From: the human T2T-CHM13v2.0 reference genome, Homo sapiens
Length of the DNA: 64,000 bases
Assembly (NCBI RefSeq): GCF_009914755.1
Contig: NC_060934.1
Reading direction: 5' to 3' (one strand)
Under the pieces are notes generated by a model, which had not been told where the DNA came from, did not search any database, and saw nothing but the letters and a program-made list of their open reading frames with translations. Every line of letters begins with the position of its first letter. Position 1 is the stretch's first letter. The translations under genes and the position numbers were made by a program. Below, piece after piece: positions 56,640-64,000 of this stretch.

Positions 56640-57600
56640 TTGTTGTGCACCCTGATTTTTCTTGTCCATGTAGTTTAGATTGGACTATATCCAGCCTATC
56701 CACGGGGAATGGTCAGATGGACCATGCCTAAACCAATCACTGCTCTTCATGGCTTTGGCCATGATTATTGGATCAGGTGTGGGTGGATAACCCAACTTGA
56801 TTCAACAACAACCCAAATGCTCAGTGATAAACAGGCCCTCTCATCTTCTTTCTGTTGCTTCTGGAGGAAGGTACTCTGTAAGCTTGAAACTGCAACTACC
56901 ATCTCATCATCTCAATTGAAGAGCCTGCCTGACATGGAGGCAATGGGAGCAGTCAGGGAAGCAGAGCTGGGAGATTCCGGGGTATTTCTTCCAAATGACC
57001 CATTTGAGCCCCTGGATCCAGCCATTCATTCTAAGAGTCAGCTCTTCACTAGTGTTTTCAGTTACATGAACCAATAAATTGCTTCCCATTTTTAAAAAGA
57101 TATTTTGAGTTGCATTTCTTTTATTTGCAACAACAAAAAAGGAACAATTAACAGAGTAATTGGACTCAAGAGTGGGCTAGTAAAAGTTACAAACCCTAAT
57201 AAGGAGAATGAATTTATCACTGGAAGTCCATAGGGACCCCTCCGTTCATGGCTGGGAATTTATCCTTTCATATCACACATGTAAGTGAATCACATAAGTT
57301 CATTTATACTCTGGGACTGGGACTATGCACCTACAGAGGCTAGAGTGTTAAGTGACTCTGTGAGGAAAAAAACAAAAGAAAACTGCAAATGCTATCTTCT
57401 GGCTCTGTCTGCCAGTCTTCAATAAGGTTACATTGTTTTAAATCCCCTTAGTGCAGAACCAAAATGGAAGCCATTAAGGTCAGTTTTGAGAACACTGAAG
57501 CCTAAAGCTTCGAGAACAGAAAATCCTGGTGAAAGCTTTATATCCATGTAGTTATGTGAAAGAGAAGAACTAAAAGTGGCAGGTACAAGTCTGTGGTTCA
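56640..57600 (+). mobile_element. MLT1K-like LTR (to about 57153) followed by probable MaLR internal sequence
   Basis: TTTGAGCCCCTGGATCCAGCCAT..CAGTTACATGAACCAATAAATT..TTGCAAC..TTAACA, then GAGTAATTGG..AGAGTGGG as at an MLT1-int start. Confidence 0.65.
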
Positions 57601-59309
57601 ATTCTCAGTTTCTAAGAGGATGCACTGCCTCCATGCCCCCCTGGTCCTGGGGGTCCCCCAACTTTACCTTGCATAGCCATTTGGTGCTTGCAGGAAAGCC
57701 TTCTTCTAAATCCCAGTAACAAAAGTTTTGTCTTCATTATTACTGCCCTTACCAGGTCCTGGAAGACAGGTACAGATCATTCTGTGGTCCACTTTGAACA
57801 CAATGAAAACAGGACAAGATAAGTGCAAGGAACCTATTTCCCCTCGGGAATTCAGTCAGGAGCCCACAGAAGAACTATGCCTAAGGGGGTATGCAATACC
57901 CACATGTGCCCCAGACATTCATGCTGAATCACAAATGAGTTTGCAATGAAGATACTTAAAATAAGTTCCCTGTAGCATCCAATGAGAGGAGGAAACAAAA
58001 CTGTATAGTAAAAAGCAGCATAATTTCATGCTCAATTACGGCCAACCTTGAGAACAAAGCAGATTAAATGTTCTAATCCAACAAAGGAGATTTTTCAAAA
58101 GAACTTTAATAGTGAAACACGATGACTGACATCTCTCATACTTTTACCTTCAAAAATTTGCTTTCATTGGAAAGTTGACTGGCAGGATAATCAAGAACTA
58201 GTTAGAATCACTAACCATTGCCCATATGATGTGGGAGTCCCTTCACCGCCCCCACCAGAATTGCTTGTTCTCTTATGGTGGTATATTATAATACAAGTCA
58301 TATCACAGAATTGAATGTGCACTTTACTTCTGCCCAACCCCAGGGAATGGTCAGCAGAAAGGATTAAGAGGTATGTTAAGGGGCTTAGCGCTAGTCCTTT
58401 GGAGGTGTGAGCATAGCTTGTTTAGCTTTTTCAGAGAGCTGAGGGAGAGAAAACACAGAGAAAAACACAGAGCTGAGGGAGAGAAACACAGAGAAAATTC
58501 TGCAGTTCTCTTCTTATCTCCTTGCTCTAGGGGTCCCACTTCCCATCATGCTGTGTGTCTTCCCCTGTGGTGGTGTACAAGATCAAGCAACTTCGTTTTT
58601 CCAGAACTATTATACTGCACCTTTGTTTTCAATTTATTCCTTTTTGTGAAAATCTGACTTTAATAATACAGGCTTTCAGTGCTGAAAGGATCCAGGAAAA
58701 TCACTTGATACCAATGCACCTTCTTTTGCACTGTTGTTCAGCTTTGGAGGGCTGAACCAGCTTTGTGCAAGGCTGCAGAGCTGGGCCTGGAGTCCAGGTA
58801 CTTTGTGAAATCAGCTCACTGTAATTTGCGCCCTGCCTCTGTGACCCTCTGTGACCTCCTGCTGCAACTGTCTTTAATAATCATGCTGAGGTGTCCCTTA
58901 ACACTAGAAAAGGGGCATGCTGCTTTCCCACCAGGAAGTGTCCACTCATGCTCTCAAGGCAAGGAGGCGCCCAGGCTTCCAACCTGTGCTGAGGACTCTG
59001 GATCAAGAGAGGGGACCGGAACCAGGCCCACTCAATTCATGTAGCTGCTGCTTAGGGGAGCAGTCTGTGTAGGTCTGCATGGAGAAGAGTCAACCCCAGA
59101 CCCCTGTCCTGAAGGGCTCATCAAATAAGGGAATCTTGTTTGCTGGGAGTCTTTCCAGAGAAATCCGACAGAGGTCAGTGGATCCTTTGACGCTTCCCAT
59201 TGACTTTCCTCAGTGAAGCGAAGGAGATGGATCAACAGTGGGCGGGGAGATGCTTCCAGGCCTGTAGAACCTGATATTCAGCCCAGCCAGCCACCGGGAG
59301 ACCCTTTTG

Positions 59310-59328
59310 GTTACCATGGAAACAGCTG
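59310..59328. promoter_or_regulatory. RFX X-box with abutting E-box (candidate)
   Basis: GTTACCATGGAAAC fits the palindromic X-box GTTRCCATGGNAAC and overlaps CAGCTG. Motif match only. Confidence 0.45.
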
Positions 59329-61086
59329 CAGGAAGCCAAAGAGTAGATGGAATCCTTTAACTCGGTTTAAATGCAAATTCTGTGGGTAATTAAGTGGCAA
59401 ACCACACTAAGAACATTATGGGAGATATACAGTCACTGGAAAGGTAATAAATGCCTGCCTTGAAATGGATATAATAAAAAATTTGACAGTTTGTCTCAGC
59501 AAGAAATTTTGTCTTTAAAACACCTCAACCTTTTCTACTTCCCCCTCCAGTTTTTGAAATTGTCATCTAGGTTTTAGAAAAAAAAATACTAAAAATTCAG
59601 GCCTGCAATGCTTTTAAAACTCTCCTCATTAGCAGGTGTCTCCTATCTCCTCCACAGCTCTCACTGGAACCTTTCATGAGCTGGAGTTCCATGGACATTT
59701 CAGCTTCAATTTTCATGTTGTTTTTGAGGAATCAATTGGTTTGAATGGGAAAATGTTCTCTTCCGTTCGTCCTTCCTCAGACTTGTGCCTTAGGGTGAGC
59801 ATGCACATGGAATCCTCAATTAATAGGCTCGGGGGGGTGCTCAGCCTTGTTCTTGAGAAACCCCACCTCCACCCCCAAACCGCCCTAACTCGCCTCCACA
59901 GGCCTCCGGTACTTTCCCAAGTAATTGAAAGTTTCCCCTCAATAAGCCCAAGCAGGAGCAGAAGAGAGAGTCTAATCAGGGTATATTCTGGCTGGGAATT
60001 AAAACTTCCACGATGTGCGCCCCTCCAGATGAACGGTCTGAATTAGGTCTGAAATGGCAGCAGGCTAGGCCTATGTGGCTGTACTTGAAAAAGTGGGCAG
60101 CTCCTTAACTAGAGTTTCATTGCTTTTTTACTGCTTTTTGACGCCTATGCACCTAATGAGGGGCTCTTCTCTCTGAGTGGCAGGGACTGTGATTGTGAGA
60201 GCACAGATTTCTGCAGAGTGGATCCCGCCCCCACACGCCTCAACTCCACAGCGCTCTACAGGTGTGATCCTTGCTGCCCCTTAGGCCTTTCCCAAGGAAG
60301 ACCATGGCCTGACTGTGCCTTTTTTACATTATTAAGCCCACATTTTTTTTTAAACCAAGCTCTGCTTTCTGAGCTAAAATCCCACATTTTAAATTTCATA
60401 TATTGAAGCAGGCCGCTTTAGAGCAGTCATAGAGTCCAGCTGAAAAGGTTGGGTTTTTAAAGGTGAATAAAATGATGGCGATGGAGAGAAGAGATTTTTT
60501 TTTAACTCCCTCCTTAGAAATCTCATTGCTTCTCTCTGCATAATTAAAATTTAAAAGGAGTCATAGGAGCTAAGAACTAGATGGGCTATTAGAATTTATC
60601 TAGCTGTGGTTTCTTAATTTAGGGCCCATATATTAGTGTCAAGATAATCATAAACACCTTGAAAAGTAGGATGCTGCCTGTTGCTGACATCAGGAGCTAA
60701 AATGGATCCATAACATTAAAAAATAAAAAGATGAGGAACTACTGCTCTATTATGACATCTAGTGCAAACAGGTGGTCCCCATTTATGAACTGTTGGATGA
60801 ATGAATAACTAAAACTGTGTGATTAAGACTTCACTAATTCTCCTCCTATGCCTCTACATGTTCTGCTTCTACTTTTTCCTCTAGCGCCATCTCCTCCATC
60901 TATTTTTCTATTGGGCAGATTAACACATTCATTAACGAAAAGAGTGGGGGAAAGGCAAAATGGCAAATAAACAGAACTGGAAATAGGGATGTTGTTTCGG
61001 CATGTCATGTATGTCCTATAAACATACTCTCATCCACAGGGCATCTGACCCACTGTAGCTGGGAGAGTCCATGCAATCAAGGATGA

Positions 61087-61489
<403 letters not shown>

Positions 61490-63146
61490 TTAATGCATCT
61501 TAAAACCATCTAGGAAAAAAAAAACGGTTCTGGATAAGTAAATAAAATAGAAGTTAATGAAAACTGGCACCTTGTGTGGAGACTTCACGACAAGGGCTAC
61601 ATCCTAAAGCCCACCTGACCCTCTATAGCTTAGCATGCAGATGAGGATGGGATAGCCAAGGGAGAAGCTACGGTTTGCAGGTGAAAGCTCTTACTCCTGG
61701 GACCCCAAATAACTCATAAAATCCTCATGAAGAAAGACTGACCCAAAACTAGGTAAAGGAAATGGAGAGCAGCTCTGGGAATGACATTCTACCACCCTCG
61801 CAGGTGAGAGATAAATTGACCTTTGAGAGATGAGTGTTTCCAGTTACAGTGGATCAGAAACCAATGAAACTCCCAACCTTTATTTAGGCATAGATTCCCC
61901 CAATTTTACTTCTGCTTTGGTTTTGTCAACTGTCAGATGAGGATACTGTTATTTTATTTGTTGGTTTGTTTTGTGGACCAGATAAAATAACGCAGGGAGA
62001 GGGCCTTGAGTCTAGCACTTAATGGGTGCTAAATACTCACTAGAGAGCAGTCCACCTCATTCTTTGCCTGGTTGTCCCGAAATAACACCCCCAAGCATCA
62101 TCAGAAACCATGTTTGGGATGGATTGTTTTTAGACTAGGCAGACCCTCTGGTGGCTCCAATTATATTAAGAGGATTTTATTTTTATGACACAAATTAATT
62201 TTCAATTGCCTCTACTTGTAGATAAACTAGTAAAAATAATTCTGAAGAGATGGCAGAATCAGATGAATAACAAGGAATCTATTCCCCTTAATGCTTATCA
62301 TTATTACTATTAAATCATCCAACTCAAGGAGTTCCTAACAGCAGCAGCAGCAATGAAAGGGAACAACCAGGGCTCCCAGGAATGGAAGTCCCACAGCATT
62401 TTTTCCTTTCTGCCACACCACTCCCAGCACACTAGGGAGCTGTTTCTGTATTCGGCCATGGCTCTTGTTTGATAGCAGTGATATGCTCCCTCGCCTGTTA
62501 TGTGCTACAGCCAAGGATGCAGGAGACCATCTAAGAGGACCAAGGCCCCTGGGGCAGGTTTCAGGAGCAGCTCACCATACTCATTCCCCTATGATCTAAG
62601 TAGAGGTCCTTGGTGCAACCAGACAGACATCTCTGTGTCTTTCTCCTCAAGTCTCCCAGAGCCTTTTTTTCCAGTCCCCGTCCCAGGTAGTATCTACACT
62701 TAAACAGATGAACAAAAAGGACCTAAGCCTCTACTTGTTCTGCTTCTATTCAGGGTGGGGTGTAGGAGAAAGAGAAAAATGGGACCTCCTCATAGACTTT
62801 TCCTTTAGGACTAGATCCATGTCGGCTGCGCACGAACTTTAGATGTACCTCTTTAAGATAACTAGAAAAAAGTGATGATCAGCATATCGGAAAGTACAAA
62901 ATCCTGTTGCTTATTAGCAAAATGTGAAAGCACAGACGCCACAGCCAATCAAATAAAAATGATGTTGGAATAAGTAAAATGCGACTCTTCAGAGAATCAA
63001 ACTGGTGACATAAAAGATAAACTTAAAGAAAACAGTCTACAGACAGCCCCCTACATCACCCTAAATCCACCTATCTTCTCTGGTCCCCTGCATGGTGGAC
63101 AAGCCACTGTGAAAGCCCTATTGTTCTGGGGATTCACATGTGTCTT

Positions 63147-63612
<466 letters not shown>

Positions 63613-63619
63613 CAAGACG

Positions 63620-64000
63620 GAACATAGAGAATCAGACCCTGATGGTCAGTATCCCCAAAGATGGACATTAATAATTACAGATCTAATGGAAGAAAACTTG
63701 GAAGAACTGAAAAAAAATATTAAAGAGATCTGAGATAAGAAATTGAGTGGGATCATCACATGTTCAACAGAGTTAATAATAAGAACATATGCCAAGGCAT
63801 ATCCTAGAGGGAGGGAGAGGAGCTTTCAATTTCAAAGATAAAACTCCTTCAAGCTTTTAAGTCAAAAAGCCAAAAAGAAAAAATATATATCTTACATGCT
63901 ATCCTTTAAAAAGATTCTTTGACTTACAAGAATAAAACCCTGAGTGTTCCTGATTCAAAATAGAAGAAAATGGAGCAGCTCATGTTACAGACAGGGAAGA
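63620..64000 (+). mobile_element. Ancient L1/HAL1 ORF1-like remnant
   Basis: A-rich. GAAGAAAACTT..GAACTGAA and CCAAGGCATATCCTAG resemble old ORF1. Confidence 0.45.

Noticed and set aside
60882-60897. CTCF-like motif (reverse GGAGGAGATGGCGCTA)
   Set aside because: It lacks the 5' CC core, so the match is too weak without ChIP data.
61674-61810. Possible small exon (TTTGCAG acceptor; donors near 61751 and 61803)
   Set aside because: Weak polypyrimidine tract, and such motifs are expected by chance in 64 kb.

Overview
This is primate (very likely human or great-ape) genomic DNA: AT-rich, CpG-poor and dominated by interspersed repeats. It holds eight Alus (J, S and Y classes), many LINE-1 pieces ranging from ancient L1M to young L1PA2, L2 and MIR relics, and about a dozen solo LTRs (MLT1, MLT2, MER50, MER11A, LTR47-like, LTR40-like). 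I find no supportable protein-coding gene, RNA gene, CpG island or CRISPR array. The ORFs I can assign are Alu, L1 or simple-repeat translations, and the rest are short with no recognisable homology. The window looks intergenic or deep-intronic. I do not find a new biological system. The strongest signals are mechanistic fossils: (1) an in-frame 123-bp triplication inside L1 ORF2 whose middle copy is a recombinant of the outer two, predicting a copy-number polymorphism; (2) two independent twin-primed, 5'-inverted young L1 insertions with perfect target-site duplications (TSDs), one creating a chimeric ORF; (3) a possible short L1 3' transduction; (4) an L1 with no TSD; (5) a MER50 LTR containing a tRNA-His primer-binding-site relic; and (6) candidate cryptic exons and enhancer motifs in the unique DNA between 45 and 62 kb. 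Subfamily calls come from recalled consensus diagnostics and need RepeatMasker/Dfam confirmation. Boundaries of the ancient elements are approximate.
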